From positions 44,456,001-44,520,000 of the forward strand of contig NW_024704743.1 in assembly GCF_018977255.1 (NCBI RefSeq): DNA of 64,000 nt, read 5' to 3'. This stretch comes from Callorhinchus milii. Taxonomy: Eukaryota. This document shows, one piece after another, positions 12,991-27,130 of this stretch (position 1 is the first letter of the stretch; every line of letters starts with the position of its first letter). Below the pieces are notes generated by a model. The model ran no database searches. It worked only from the letters and a program-made list of their open reading frames with translations, and was not told the DNA's origin. The translations under genes and the position numbers were made by a program.

Positions 12991-13904
12991 TCCACTTGGC
13001 CCTCACTTCTTCTGAAACCAACCCCAGCTCAGGTGCAAAACCTCAACTATCCAGCACCTTTGGGAGGTCCTCCCAATGTGAAAGGTGCTATAGAAATGCA
13101 ATTTGTTGTTGTTAAGTTGCTGCTGAAGCGCTTTGAGATGTTCGTTGTATGTTAAAGATGCTAAAATGGGTTGTTACGCCTCTCAATTGAGGTAAGCTAT
13201 GGCAAAGGCTTGCCATTCTCCCTCTTCATTTCCAGGAAAAAAGAAGCCCTCCTTTAATTCTCTCACTGTTTGCTAATGTTTAAAATTAGTGAGTTTGTGG
13301 CTCCTGACATTATGGGGTTGAAGGGTGCTCTGATTTACTGATGAGCACTTCGAGATCTCAGTCATCAGGTTAATGGAGAAAAGCGTCTTCATCAGAAGAT
13401 CATGTACAGCCCATTAGACAATTGGACTGCATCAGCACTACCACTGTCCCACTCAGCTTGCATATATATTTGATGAAATGCCATAAAAAAGATTTATTGG
13501 AAGGAAAGTGATTTATTTCCACACCTTTGGGTTTAAATAAATGAAAGAGGCAGTGGTGTATTTGTCACCATAGGTAATTCGAGCTGCTAATATAATGGCT
13601 TTTGAATTTCATTAAGCCCTGTTCTAAAGACTGAACTGAATATCGGCATTTTCATCCAATTTAGCACAAGTATCCAGGTTTCAGTGGTTCACTTTTCTAA
13701 CAAAGGTCTAGCAAAATTGACTCTTATTAGACTCAAGTCTACCATTGTCATGTCAATCTTCCTCTGTCCTGCCTGTTTAAAATTGTATTATTTAGCGCTC
13801 TTTATCGGCTTGCAATCTGTACAGTGTGTGTGTTGTGTGTGGCGGGGAGGAGGGGGGCAAAGATGGAGAAATAGTAATCATTGCCAAAGAATACTGGCTC
13901 ATTT

Positions 13905-13980
13905 GGAGCATAAACACTGGCATAGACCATTTGGGCCGAATGGCCTGTTTCTGTGCTGTATATTCTAATGTATTCTAATA
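13905..13980 (+). mobile_element. CR1-type LINE 3' tail
   Basis: tgggccgaatggcctgtttctgtgctgtatattctaatgtattcta resembles a CR1 terminus with ATTCTA repeats. A minus-strand relative lies at about 17505-17620. Confidence 0.75.
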
Positions 13981-14724
13981 TTTTGCATCTTTTGAACTGG
14001 GTGCTTTAATTCTGCTCCACAGCATGCTAGCATAACGGCTGTAGTATTCTGTAATTAGTAATTCTGCTTTCCTGTACAGATTGCAAGTCTAAAAAGGTCA
14101 TTTGAACCCATAGGAATGGTAACCATCAGGTGTTTAGTTGTAAATGTTTTTTTCAAGTGTTACTTTTTTCCTGTTCTTCCCTCATTTCTTCCCTTGCTCA
14201 ACTCTCTCCCTATCTGACACAAACACTGGTGTGTAACCCTTTGTTTGCCCACAAAACAAACAGCACTTTCCAGTATATCCTGTGAAGGCCTTTGGGGCAT
14301 CTTACTGACATGATGGTATTGTATCAAATGTAAGGATTATTATTATCACTATTATTTTACCTCCCAACTTGACTTCTTGAAGGCACTCTTCCCTGTTTGC
14401 TTCTTCTTGCGCTTAGTGCCCGACACGGTCTCTGAAGCGCTTCAGGAAGTTATCTTGAGTGAAGAGCGCTAAATAAATGCAAATTGTTTCCTGAAGTCAT
14501 TGCCTGCTACAATATGGCTGCATGGACATCAATGACAATCCTCCTCAGGCAGTACTTCATTGCATTGTCATTGTGTGAGCTGAGACAATGAGATGGTGAA
14601 TGCTCTCAGTCTGTTTGATTGGGGGAGGGATAGGCTTCACAATTGAACCAGATTCTTTACAGCAAGGTCACAGAGGAGGGATCCCTGAGACCGAGGAGCT
14701 TATAGCCAGGTCATGCCTATATTG

Positions 14725-15158
14725 CTCCATTTTGCTCCACGTCTCACCAGTTCTGGCCGGGCTCCACTGGCTCCCCATCACCGAACGGTTCGACTTCATG
14801 ATCCTCACTCTCGTGTTCAAATCCATTCGCTCTCTGGGACCTCCCTACCTCTCTGACCTCCTCACTCCCCAATCCACCACCCGGCACCTCCGCTCGACTG
14901 GCACCGGCCTCCTGCTCGTCCCTTGCATCCTCCGCCCCACCATCGGAGGTGCTTTCAGCCACTATGCCCCAAAACTCTGGAACACTCTCCCTCAATCCCG
15001 CCGCCTTGTCCCCTCTCTCCCCTCTTTCAAGTCCTGCCTGAAAACTTTCCTCTTTGACTGTGCTTGCAGCCACCTCTCCACTCCCCCGCTCCGCCATTGT
15101 TAGCGCTCTGAGACGCTGCCCTGGATGGAGGGCACTATATAAGTGCAAGTTGTTGTTG
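14725..15158 (+). mobile_element. L2 LINE 3' fragment (tail type B)
   Basis: Peptide SPVLAGLHWLPITERFDFMILTLVFKSI...APKLWNTLP is the L2 ORF2 C-terminus. Tail agcgctctgagacgctgccctggatggagggcactatataagtgcaag(ttg)n. Confidence 0.92.
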
Positions 15159-15259
15159 CTCGAGCAAATGACTTTAGCAGTGACCAGAATTTCAATCAAA
15201 GAACTTTAGTCGATTAATATTTTCTACTGCCAATTTTTCCCCTCCCTACTCTACTCACT

Positions 15260-15582
15260 TTACCATCCTACCCTCTGCCTGGTGGGCACTGACCTGCTCC
15301 AGATCCCCCCATCCTGCCCGCAACCGTTGGTGGTTGAGCCTTCAGCCTCTCTGCTCCCACCCTCTGGAACTCCATTGCACAGTCCCTTCACCTCGCTTCC
15401 TCCCTTGCCTCCTTCAAGACCCATCTCAAGACCCTCCTCTGAGCCTCCATTTACCCTCCCGGCTGGCCCTCCACCCATCCTGATAACCCCCCCAGCTCGG
15501 GATCCAACTGTCTGCCTATCCAGCGCCTTGGGACCTCCTCTCGACGTGAAAGGCACTGTACAAATGTAATTTTGTTGTTGTT
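15260..15582 (+). mobile_element. L2 LINE 3' fragment (tail type A)
   Basis: Tail gcgccttgggacctcctctcgacgtgaaaggcactgtacaaatgtaat(ttg)n. Confidence 0.88.
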
Positions 15583-17699
15583 GACCCAGATTCAAGCCTC
15601 TCACCTTCTTATCTGCTCTAGTCTGAATGCCTTAATAGTTATCACTAGTCCATTTGGGAGGGAGTTCTGCATTTTATATATTTTTGAAGCATGTTTATCC
15701 AAAATTAAACAATGTGCTCCATTGCACCAAGAGTACCCAGAGTATCTTGATTGGGAATGATAATCGCAAAATCCATGACAAAACATCATTCAGCTTTGAT
15801 AGTTAAGGTCAATATGGAAAAAATGTGCGGTGGGGGAGTGGGGGGTGGACGGGGAGAGAAAGAAAATCTTAATTATAGTCCTGCTTTGTCAACACTGATG
15901 CTAATAGGGTACAAACTGTGAATAGTGCTGACTCAGAACTTGGGTCCACACCAGCACAGCTGTATAAACCGCTACATAAAGATCAATTATCACACTGTAA
16001 GTGGGAAGGAAAGAAAATGAACCTAAGCCTAATGTAAATTCATTCTACATAACTAACCCTAATATAAATTCATTAACTCTCAGTTCAGTCGCAGCAAAGA
16101 AACAGATTGTATAAATGTGAGGAAACAAATCTATTTGGAACTTTTGCCTACAAAATACACTGTGAATCCACTTTGCAGTATATCCTGTGAAGCGCTTTGA
16201 GACATCTCGATGACGTGATAAGGCGCTATATCAAATGCAACGATTATTATATAACTTCACACCTGATTTATTTTTACAAAAGAAGAAAAATATACCTGGA
16301 AATTAGAGAAGGGAAGGTTTTCCATATCTGTATAAACTTCAAAAGCCTTTGGTAATGGCATTGGGGTGGAGGTGCATAGCATGCTCTATCAAGCTCATTC
16401 TCAACTATGAATCTAATAATAATAATTTGAAATGGTGTTTTTCACATCAGAAGGACATCTCAAAGTGCTTCACAGGATTTTATTGCAAATTATAGTGACT
16501 GTATTTTGTAATCTGTATGTTTTTCATCTCTAACAGCAGTGATTCTCTTTAATGCTTAATTGTTAAGAGTCCCTTTTCTAAGAGGGCTTAAGGAACAGTG
16601 ATGTGAGTAGAATTACTTTGTTTTGTTGAAAATATATATTTATTTATAAATAACATGTAGTACAACAAATCCAAAACAAACACATCTTCTGTTACAATTT
16701 TTCCCTTCCTCAGGAGACAATTTTTTTTCGTTGTTTACCGCACATAGATTGTGCACACGTTTTTTGGGACTTTCCCTTTAACACAGTCGGGAGTCACCCC
16801 TGTGTACACAACATCCATGTGCATGCCCGCACACACCCTGAGAAGGGCCACTTGCCACTTTGGGGAGGCACTCTGTGATATGCACCGTATGCGCACGTGT
16901 GTAGAATTACATTCATTGTGACTTGTGGTCTATAATCCCAATGGCTGCAACACAACAGAAACAGACTGTCTGTCTTGAAATAACAGTGCATTTTATATGA
17001 ATTGCCACAACTCTTTACAACTGGCAATCTTGTGACTCCTGACAGCATGCACTGAGTGACTTGGACAATTGTAGACCTTAGGAAGGAAGTCAGTGTTCAA
17101 ATATAGTAAACCATTTGTGGGAATGTGAAACGATTAATCTAGAGGTACAATGTTTGGAATGTCTCCGGCTAGATTTTACAGTGGCCACTCCCTTTATTGT
17201 AATCCTCTTGATTTTGGTTTAGGTCCAATTAGGGCTGTGCTGGCACAATTCTGGCTTTGCTGATAGAATCGCACATCACTATTCATTTAAATAAAGGCCT
17301 CGGCTCTGCATTAGTGACTAGTGATACCATCTTGGACCTGAGCCTGTTTTTCCTGAAAGTACTTGTAAATGGAGGACTGGGATAGGCTTCCTGCGGCATC
17401 ATTTCCAGATCCTGGAGACACGGAAAGGGCTTCAGCATCTGTTGTAGGAGGTTGTGCTTCTTTGGATAACTTGCCCGGCCTGCAGTTGCTGTGGGCTCCA
17501 CTTGGAATCGTAGAATCCTACAGCACAGAAGGAGGCTATTTCGGCCCATGGTGCCTGTGCTGGCTCTTTGAAAGGGCTATCCAATTAGTCTCCCATAGCT
17601 TTTTCCCCATAGCTTTGCAAGAGCAGCAAGTGCCATGTTGGTTACTTTATTAAAACGTCACGTTATCGATTTGGAAAGCGCTTAAAGTGAAATTGCTGT

Positions 17700-18300
17700 T
17701 TCTCCACAACACAGGAGCAGTGTGCCATTGGCTCCAGCTACCAACTGGCCATTCTTCATCTGTGGCTTAGACACTCAGTGTCAGCAGTTATTGCAACATG
17801 GAAGTCATTGAAGCTGACCCCAATCCTCTCTTTCCCCAATTCTATTGTGCCCATCTCTCCCCTCGGGCTCCCAGCATCCACTTTTACCATATCCAGACTT
17901 GACTATGCCAATGCTTTGCTCATTAAGATCCCATGACATGATACAAAAAGAGAGGAGTTTTTGTGGTGCTCTGGTCAATACTCCTCTTGACATCATGACA
18001 GCTGTTTTTGAGAATTTGCTATGTGCAAATCGGTGGCTACCGTGTTTGCCGAGAAATGCCTACCCTTACAAATACACTTGATAGCAATTACTTTTGAAGT
18101 ACTTTGAGATACTTCAGTGTTATAGGTGTCATACCAAATGTAAGGACTTTTGTTATTATCAAGGTCAATTATAGTTCACCAACTGCTGTTAGCTGAGATC
18201 AGCTAACTTACCACAGAACAGGAATTAATAAAAACAAACTTATGGTCACAGTGGTCTAGTGCTACATTGAGTGTCACCTTTCTCCCCTATGCCATTAGGG
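17700..18300 (-). mobile_element. LF-SINE-like element interrupted by Deu-type SINE sequence
   Basis: tggccattcttcat at about 17746 and gctgagatcagctaact at 18193-18209 match the recalled LF-SINE consensus in the expected order. Confidence 0.6.
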
Positions 18301-19269
18301 GAAGCTTGGTCAACAGTTTAATGTGCTTCCTGTTAAATCATGCCATTTTTAAAAAAAAAGTTGATATGTGTACATTTTTGCAACTGCAGTTTGAGTGGTA
18401 AATTATATATTTCACAACTATAGGTTAACATCAATCAGTAGGCTCGCGAGCAATTGAAATTTAAACTTATTTCTGATTCTAATCCACCGTCTATCCAAAT
18501 ATAAATGTGGATATTTTCATAGAACATTTATTTCTTGTTCTTTTGTGTTGCTGTGCATCTTCAGGTTATTGTTAATATAGTACACCATAAAGTAGTGACT
18601 TAAATAATGTGTTAGCCAGTGATTTGTAAGTACTATATATAATATATTATATGTATTATATATATAAATATGTATTATATATATAAATATATGCCAACTG
18701 TATGTGTTACCACATTCAGGAAACAAATTATATGTGGTTTTAACAGACTACATATAAACACTTTGTGTTTGTCTGTATATATAAATGTACAGTCAGAAGA
18801 ATTTTAGTTTGGGTTAAGAGTCTAGTAATTACTGTGGACCAGTAAGTTTATTTGCTGTTCCTTTAGTTTAGTGGCATTAATTTTAAGCTTGTGTATAATG
18901 TTTATGTGTTTTTTGAAATCTTTTACTGGGGAGGAGTAGGACTGCCAGTGTGATTGTACATTGCTCCTCCACCGTGCTGTGTTATGGGTACTCAACACGC
19001 TCAGGTGTTTTGTAGAGGTCAGGTGCCTGACTATTGGGAGTGAGATAAAATGGGCAGGAATATCCCCATTTTAATGGTCCTCCTAGAGATTGGTTTTAAA
19101 TGATCTATTTGGATACTGTTGGTGTAAGTCACTGAATCAATGAAACGGTGTATGGGCTGCCAGGGGAACCTGTCACCATCCAGCAGTGAGTTCATCATCT
19201 GCTTCAGCCTCGATAGTCTGAATGTAGTGAAACCCAATGATTTCAGCACGGATCGCACAAGCACAGTTT

Positions 19270-19930
19270 AACATCAGCAAAACTGCTTTTCTACTTCGCT
19301 CCCTCCGATGCCTTCTTGCCTCTAGCTCTGATTAAATTAAACTCTGCTCTCTGCACTTCACTGAGCCAGTGCACAATCTTGGCATTGTATTAGAGCCTCC
19401 TTATTTGCATCGATCCCTAGCCAATCTCTTCATGTTTGCCATATTGCCTGCCTCCCTATTTCGCACCTTCATTACCTCTGGACTTGATTTCTCCTTTGCC
19501 CTCAACTGTCCACAACTTCTAGTCCATCTAAGTTCAGCCACTCGCATTCTTATTCAGACAATAATAACTCAGACAATAACCACTCGTATTCTTACTCAGA
19601 CAAAGCTTCACATACCTATTAGCGCTGTTCTCACTACTCCCTGGCTCCTTGGAGACAGCTTCAAGATCCTCACATTCACCTAGAAATTCCTGGATGCTCT
19701 CACGTTTCCCTGCTTTGGAGACCTCCTGCAGGCTTGGTCTCCTGCTTTGTCTCCTCTGCTCAACAAACTGGACCTGCTGTGTGTTTTTCATCCCCTCCGC
19801 CCTACTTTTGGCAAACTCAAATCCTCTCTGGAACTCCCTCCCTAACCCCCTTTATTTTGCCCCCTGTCTATCTATCTTTAAAAGTCTCCAAAAAATCGCC
19901 CCAACTGTGCCTATAGTCACCTTCCTCTTA
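19270..19930 (+). mobile_element. Old, degraded L2 fragment
   Basis: Peptide remnants FITSGLDFS, PISAVL..PWL and FKILTF, plus ctctggaactccctccc, are colinear with L2 ORF2. Confidence 0.7.
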
Positions 19931-20399
19931 TTCTTGTAGCATTCAATGCTATCTACTGTTGGTGCTCGTATTGCCATCTGCATTGAGCTCCAAGAATGTT
20001 GTCTTTCAAACCATGTTTATTATCACTACTACTCCCTCATCTGTCTTCATGCACCAGTCAGGGTATAGTGGGTGGACAAGTGGCCTATTCAAAGTTTCTC
20101 AATAGTCAACTACCATCTGGAGGGCAGCACCACCGACATTGCTATTCACCCCCAGCACTGCATTGGAGTGTCAGTCTCAAGCATGTGAGTTCAAAGTCCT
20201 GACTTAGAGATTGAACATACCTTCTGAGTCAGAGGCGAGAGTGTTACCAACTGATCCAGGCTGCCACCTTAAAATCCTCACAGGAGGATTCTAAAGTTCC
20301 TTACAATTGCTAAATAAAGTTACTAACGTACCTGGTGGCCTTTTAACTCGCTGTTAACTAGCTATCATTAAGCTAATGGGGAGTAATTAGTTTTATGAC

Positions 20400-20530
20400 C
20401 GCCAGCAACACCCGCTGCCCAGTGATACATGAAGAGTGCTCACTTGCACAAGATTTTGGAGGAGGTTTGTCAGCATCCATGGAACTACATCCAGCATGAG
20501 TCATTGATTTCTTGGTGGAGAGGAAGGGCT
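20400..20530 (+). mobile_element. LF-SINE-like 3' part
   Basis: acatgaagagtgctcacttg ... ccatggaactacatccagcatgagtca ... ggagaggaaggg. Confidence 0.55.
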
Positions 20531-21632
20531 TAAATTTTAGGTCCACCTCATTCCGTCTGTCTTCACCACGCTGTTTTCTAGGCGAGGGTTATTTTCTCAG
20601 TTTGTAATAGCAATCTGTCAGCTACCATTTATTCTCATAAGAATGCATCTCAAATACTTGGTTTCATATTTCACCCACAAAATATACAGTTAATTCACTT
20701 TTCAATATATTCTGCGAAGCGCTTTGAGACGTCTCAACGATGTGATGAGGCCCTATATCAAATGCACAGATTGTTATGGTGCAAGTACACAAGCACTATT
20801 ACTGGGTGGGCAGGGGTGAAGAGCGTGAGTGGAAGGAGGGGCTTGTCTGATATTCTGATGGCATTTAATATTTTAAAGAATAAGACTTGATTTAATCTAA
20901 AACTGTTTATAAAATGTTTGATATCCGTTTTAGTATTATTTCAGACTGTATTGTAAAGTATCACAAATGCTTGTCAATGAGGTCAGGCCAGTAATTGCCT
21001 CTCAGGGTTCTGCAGGTGTTTGCAAAGTGCTCTGTGTGAGTAGCAGTCAATGATGGTGACAGCTCTCCACTGTTGTGGGGAATTCTAGCAGTGTAGCTGA
21101 AAGGAGTATTACACATAAGAATTGCTGTTTGAAATGATGAAAGTAAAATGGCACTATAATCAAAAATACATATACCCCTAGGAAATAGTTCCTTGGAAGC
21201 AGTTATTTTCCTACACTAGTCCATGGATTTTTTAAAATTATTAATAAACTACAACTTTGGAATATTTGTTGTGCTGCCACAAATCACCTGGTTTGCCTAT
21301 TAAAATAGTTACTACACTTACACAATAATGACATGTTAAATGATCAGGGGCTATAAAAATATAAGCTCCCTCTTGGTACAGTCTTCCTGGAGGACAATAA
21401 TAAATTATTGTGTGTGTCAGTGTATTTAAAAACAACTTGCGGTTGGTTGTGGAGGCTGTGTCTGGTTTGTGGTGGCTGCTGAGGACTGCATTCCACAGTA
21501 ATTCCTGGTTTCCATTGCCTGCATGAATTCTACTCTGCGTGTGTTTTCCTGTTTTGCTTATTTACTACCCTATAGAAAGGAGATTGGGAGTAATGCAAAT
21601 CATTGTAATGTGAATCATTCTGTTCATCCTGT

Positions 21633-22002
21633 GGAGTCCTGTAGCTTTGTGGTTAGAGCATTCACCTTGCAAGCAAGAGGACCTGGATTCGATTCCTGAC
21701 AGGGCGAAACATTCGGCAAGTTTCCTTACACCACACGCTTCTGTTTACCTAGCAGTAAGTAAGAACTCTGTTGTCAGTCGATTGGAGAATCGCTTTTCTG
21801 GGGGTAATAATTCCTTCAAAATAAATAAAAATAAATTGGTCAATCAATCTACAGCTGTTTGTGGGACACTGCTGTGTGCAATTGGCTGCTGCGTTTCACC
21901 CACAAAATATACAGTCAATTCACTTTACAGTATACTCTGAAGTGCTTTTAGATGTCTCGAAGACATGATAAGGAGCTATATCAAATGCAAGTATTATTAT
22001 TA
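21633..22002 (+). mobile_element. tRNA-Ala-derived SINE, full length
   Basis: Colinear with 1724-2088 over its length; B box ggattcgattcc; (ATT)n tail. Confidence 0.9.
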
Positions 22003-23079
22003 CATGTTAAAAACGAAAAATATTTCCAATGCAATGATTGTTCACTCTTTTCATTTTATATTCAAGCCTAATTCTTGCTCAATATATTGCAAAAAGCACA
22101 GGCTTAACTATATTAAGTTTTTCTTCCAAGGTAGGTTGCTGAGAAACGACTGGAGTCTGAGGTGGCCTCTTTTAAGGGAGGTGATTGCCATGTGTGCTCA
22201 AACTGATTAGGTCACTTACATTGACCCCTTTAAGAAAATACTTGATACTGCAATGGGAAGATGGGTAGTGTGGGAAATCTGCAAAAATGAGATCAAATGA
22301 CCTGAAGGGCCTGCTTTATCTGTGCCTCTCTTGTGATCTTAAAATGACTCCACAAAATGTAACACTCGGATATGAATTATACTCTTGTGGTCATTTGGCC
22401 TTGATTAAGTGCTTCAAAATGTGGAGCAACCTGTAAGAGGTGCCTGGATACCACTTAATGCAGATTCAGTGAAACATTTCACAAGTCATCTGTGGTCTGG
22501 CCACTTCCTCTCTCAGGTTAATTTGCTTTAGAAATACCTACATCTGTTAATGGTCATTGATGCTTTGATGGTCGATGCATTTTTCAATGTACTGTATTAT
22601 TTTTGTTGACAGTGCTCAGGAAGGCAGAAGGATTTGACTGAATTTAGGATCATCATAGAACGGGATGGCTGGATTGTGGAAATTCAATCAGATTTTTCTT
22701 GTCCACTCTGTAAATACTATTGATTGATACACTATAAAGTATCAAACATCCAGTTAGGTGTACTGCAGAGCTTGCAATTTTCTGTGACATTGTGCCTAAT
22801 AAAGCATAATTTCTGAAGATGAGTCAATATGTAGTGTTTGAAATTGGAATCACTTCACCAGACTTGTAGCTTTTCAAATTGATCAAAACTACAGAGAAAC
22901 TGCACCAATGACCAAAATCACTTTGGGCAAGGGAGAGGATGTGGCATACATTTTTGCTCCCAGCCTCATTCAATGATCTGCTTACTGTTTACATTTGGGC
23001 TTTTGAGCGTTTGGGCTTAGGACAGTGTTAATAACAATAGGTAATTAGCCCCCAAAACATTGAAATGACCATTAGTTGG

Positions 23080-23433
23080 TGTCAGCCTGGCTCAGTCTTG
23101 GATCTGAATCAGAAGGTTGCGATTTCAAGTAGTAACTTTGAGATCAGAGTCTAACCTAACACTTCACTGCAGTGCTGGGAAGCACTGCATTGATGGAGGT
23201 TCCATTCTTTAGATGGGACATTTACCTAAGGTTAAAGATCCCACAGATCTGTTCATAAAACGAAAGGACTTTCTCCTGGTGTTCCCGGACAATTCCCCAG
23301 TTAAAACTGGTCATTCACTTTTTGGCTGTTTGTGGAGTTTGCTGAAAACACAGTGACTGCTTGAATTGATCNAAAAAAACTCCTGTGAAGAGCTTTGAGA
23401 TACTTCGACATGATAAAAGTGCTATATCAAATG
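23080..23433 (+). mobile_element. Deu-type tRNA SINE; a further copy at about 23950-24426
   Basis: gtcagcctggctcag head and acacttcactgcagtgctgggaagcactgcattg block, colinear with 11612. Confidence 0.75.
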
Positions 23434-26400
23434 AAAAATCAGAATTGAAATGCTAGAAGGAAATGGCATCTTTGCTCAAGTATTGCATTGTGAAGCCATC
23501 AACCTATTCTAAAAGCTTCATTTCTTTTTCTTCCATTCCTTTACATGCTCCTTTACACACTTTTCAATTATCTGAGCCTGACAGATTTCACAAATGCTTC
23601 CATGTTTCCAACTTTCTTCTGTCCTCTATTTCTCATTAACGACATTCCACAACTCACTAATGACTATATAGCGCTCTCCAACGTTCACCTACGTGAAGGG
23701 CGGTATATAAATGCAAGTTGTTGTTTCCTCCTGTATTCAAATTAAACTTTTTCAGGTCCTTCAGTCCTGCATTTCCTTTCCGATGAAGGGTCAAGTCCAA
23801 ACCAATCTATCTTTCTCTTTAAATAGGTTGGCCTGTTTAATTCCAGTGTTTCTTTCCTTCAGGTTCCAAAGCCTGTAGCCAAAGCATTCTTCTGATGTGA
23901 GGGTGAATGCCACTTTATTGTGAATTGTGCTGGAGGCTCATACCAGTTTGGTTCAGTTCCTGTCACCCCCTGTGTCAGAAGGTTCGTTCCTCTTTGGAAC
24001 TGGAGGTCATAGTCCAGGCAGACACTTCACTGCAGTACTGGAGGAGCACTGCATTGTTGGAGTTGTCATTTTATTGATGAGACATTAACTGAAGGTGGCC
24101 TCTTCTAAACTTACCAGTAATTAATGTGAGATACTTCAACGTGATAAGGTGCTATCACAATACAAATCGTCAAACAAAGGTCACATCTACCTTTTCAAGT
24201 GGATGTTAAATATCCCACTATTTAAAAAGAAAAGGAAGTTTCTCCCAGTTTTTTGGCCAGCAGTCCTCCAGATCAGGTCATTCACCCGTAACTGTTTGTG
24301 GGACTTTCCATGTGCAGATTGGTTGCCTGTTTGCCTCCCAAGTAACTGCACTTGTCACCAGTTAACTCTGAAGCACTTTGAGACATTTTGGCGTAATAAA
24401 ATATTATACCTAATACAAAATTATTAACATGCAATACATTTCCAAGCTTTCATTAGCACATGAATTGCTTTCCTTCTTATACCAGTTTTCTGATCTAATG
24501 GTGTGCTAATTATTGATTCCAAATGTGCACCCATAACAGTGCAATTCAAATATACAATTGTAGTGCAAATCAGCCAATGTGGTTGCTTTTCCTCAATTGC
24601 AACTCACCAAATGAGTGACAAAACACATTTAGAGCTGGTTTGAATGGCTCACTTCAATGTAAGAGCTGAAGTAGACGTGACACTGCATAGCCCAAAACAT
24701 GCTGCATGTAGTAGAACTGTCCTCTGTATCACCAGTCCATTTGGGGTTTGACAGCTTGTGACCAATGTAACCAGAATACACACAAGTGAGGCAGTGTTGT
24801 TTGATATGCCACTCGTCTCGTTTCAAAAATGTATATTCCCCCTATTTTGTCACAAGATCCTTCAGGGTTTGTAGATTCTTATGATTGACTGGCAATTCTG
24901 CAGGGATTTATAATTTAATTCTGCCAGTCTGAAATTTTGCAAATCTGAAACAAATGGACCTTTATACCATCTTTACGTTGTGGTTCCAGAGTTCCGAAGA
25001 CTAGCCAACATTTGTACACGTCTGGATTTTTGGCCTGTACTAAGAATTCAGTAGGGGTAGTCAGAAAACTGCATATTAAATAAAACACTCGGTGGGAATA
25101 TCAACTACTGCTTTTATTTCACAGAGATTTTGTTATGCATTTGTTTGGACAAGCCTACAATAAAGCAAGTGTACTATATAAAGTGTTATTTTATCATATT
25201 CAAAAACGCACATAAGAGCAGCAGGAAGTAATCTTGAATAATGACTCCTATGTGAAAAGGTACATTAGAACAGTCCCTGTAGCCCTGGTAGTGTTTGTAA
25301 ATGCTGACAACCAGGGCTAAGACCATAAGACTCCAGGATAAATATGTATCTTTAGACTCCATCTAACACTTTGGAGCCCAAAGTCTTTAGAGCAGAGATG
25401 TTTAATAATGAATAATCTTTGCATTTGATATAGTACCTATAATGTCAAAATGTCTCAAAGCGCTTCACAGATAATTGACTGTGCATTCGAGGCCTGGAAG
25501 TGCTGAGGGATGCTTTTGTACAGAATGCTTTAGAACAGACTGCAGAAAATAAAATTGGAATCGGTGTTAAAAAATGGATAGAGAGTGCTCAAATCCACTC
25601 GTAGTGTGAAGCAAAGACTGAAAGCCGGTGTGTTTTGAGGATCTTTCCGTTGTTGTTTTGAAAAGTAAAAGTGTTGCTGAATAAAACATGATGCCTCCAA
25701 ACCATACTGATAACTTCCTCTAAAGATCAGAAGCAACAACCAATTACATCTATATGAAAGAAAGATTTCTTACGTTGCATGCATAAACAGGAATCGTCGT
25801 TGATGAGATTGGCTTCCTGTCAGGTAAAGAGATTCTATTTAGGGACGTGTTTAAATCCAATATTGCTTGCGCCGACATGCTTTGTAAATTGCTAAACTAT
25901 TTTTTTAAAAGTTGTACAAGAGAAACCATCTAGTTTACTCTTTCGTGAGTGGTTTGTTTTTTGGTCAGCCTAGTGTCTGACAGGAAACCTATCAACGTGT
26001 TTAGGAGGATCCAAACCTGACAGAGTTCCACATAAACATGCGACATACCTATGGAAATTTCCCTTCTGTCTGGAATGTGCTTCCTCTTCCTGAAAGAAGA
26101 GTACTCCAGGGAATACTGTTTACCTACTTCTGAGGATTATCAGGTGTCCATTGGTGAGAGCCAAGGATTGCGGACCCAGGGTGTGTGTTGGGATACTGCT
26201 GGAATTAACCAGTTAAAACCACATAGCTTGCATTGAGAGCATTGTGGCAACTGCTTATCCAACTAGGATCATGACTACCCATTAGGGCCTTGACTTGCAG
26301 GATTAAGAGAAACTGGTTGGGAAGAATCTCAGTCCCTCGCGACCGATCTGCTCCTCCAAGACATGCTGGCATCTCAGAGCGAAGCATGCTAAAAATTGAA

Positions 26401-26436
26401 CCAGGCCATCCAGGGTTGTCACAAATCAGTAGCCTA

Positions 26437-27130
26437 TAACAACAACTTGCATTTGTGCAACAACATACAGGGTAGTGTATCAGAGAGCTTAACAGTGGCA
26501 GAGCTTGATACTGAGCTGGGAGAAGGGAGAGAGTGAACCGTAGGCATGGTGGAAGAGGAAGCTCCTCGGGTGCAGTCTGAAGACAGGCAAGGAAGCAGCA
26601 AGACAGGGATTGAGGAACATATTTTCAGAGAATAGTGGCTTAAGGCATGGTCACCGATGGTGGATCAGGAGGGATAAGCAGGAGGCTGGAGCCAGAAGAG
26701 CAAAAGGAGCAGGTGAGGAGTAGGGTATAAGCACATCTGTGAGGTACGGAGGTGCAAGGGCATGAAATGATTTGTATGCAAGTGTGAGGATCCTGAAATT
26801 GAATTGATCAGCAACAGTGAGCAAGGCAAGGCTCACAAGGACTGGCAAGGACTTGGGTGAGTGGTGTTTGGAGTGGATGAGGATATTGGCGACAGAATTT
26901 TGAATTAATTGGGTTTTATGAATTGGGGAGATCAGTGAAAAGAGCATTGGGAAAATAGAGACAGGAGCTGATGAATGCATTGATAAAGGTTTCAGTTGCA
27001 TTGGGTGTGAGGTATGGTCGGAGGTACTCAATATGGCGGAGGTGGAGGAAAGCATTCGCGGTCAGGGACTGGGAAATGAAGGAGAGCTAGGGATTAAACA
27101 TGATGTCTAGATTTACTGAACCTGTGCACA
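26437..27130 (-). mobile_element. L2 LINE fragment, older
   Basis: Minus-strand peptide QLIQNSVANIL...FRILTLAYKSFHALAPPYLTDVL; (CAA)n tail at the left end. Confidence 0.88.

Noticed and set aside
18630..18700. AT-alternating tract with palindromic appearance
   Set aside because: Low-complexity (TA)n-like sequence; self-complementarity is trivial.
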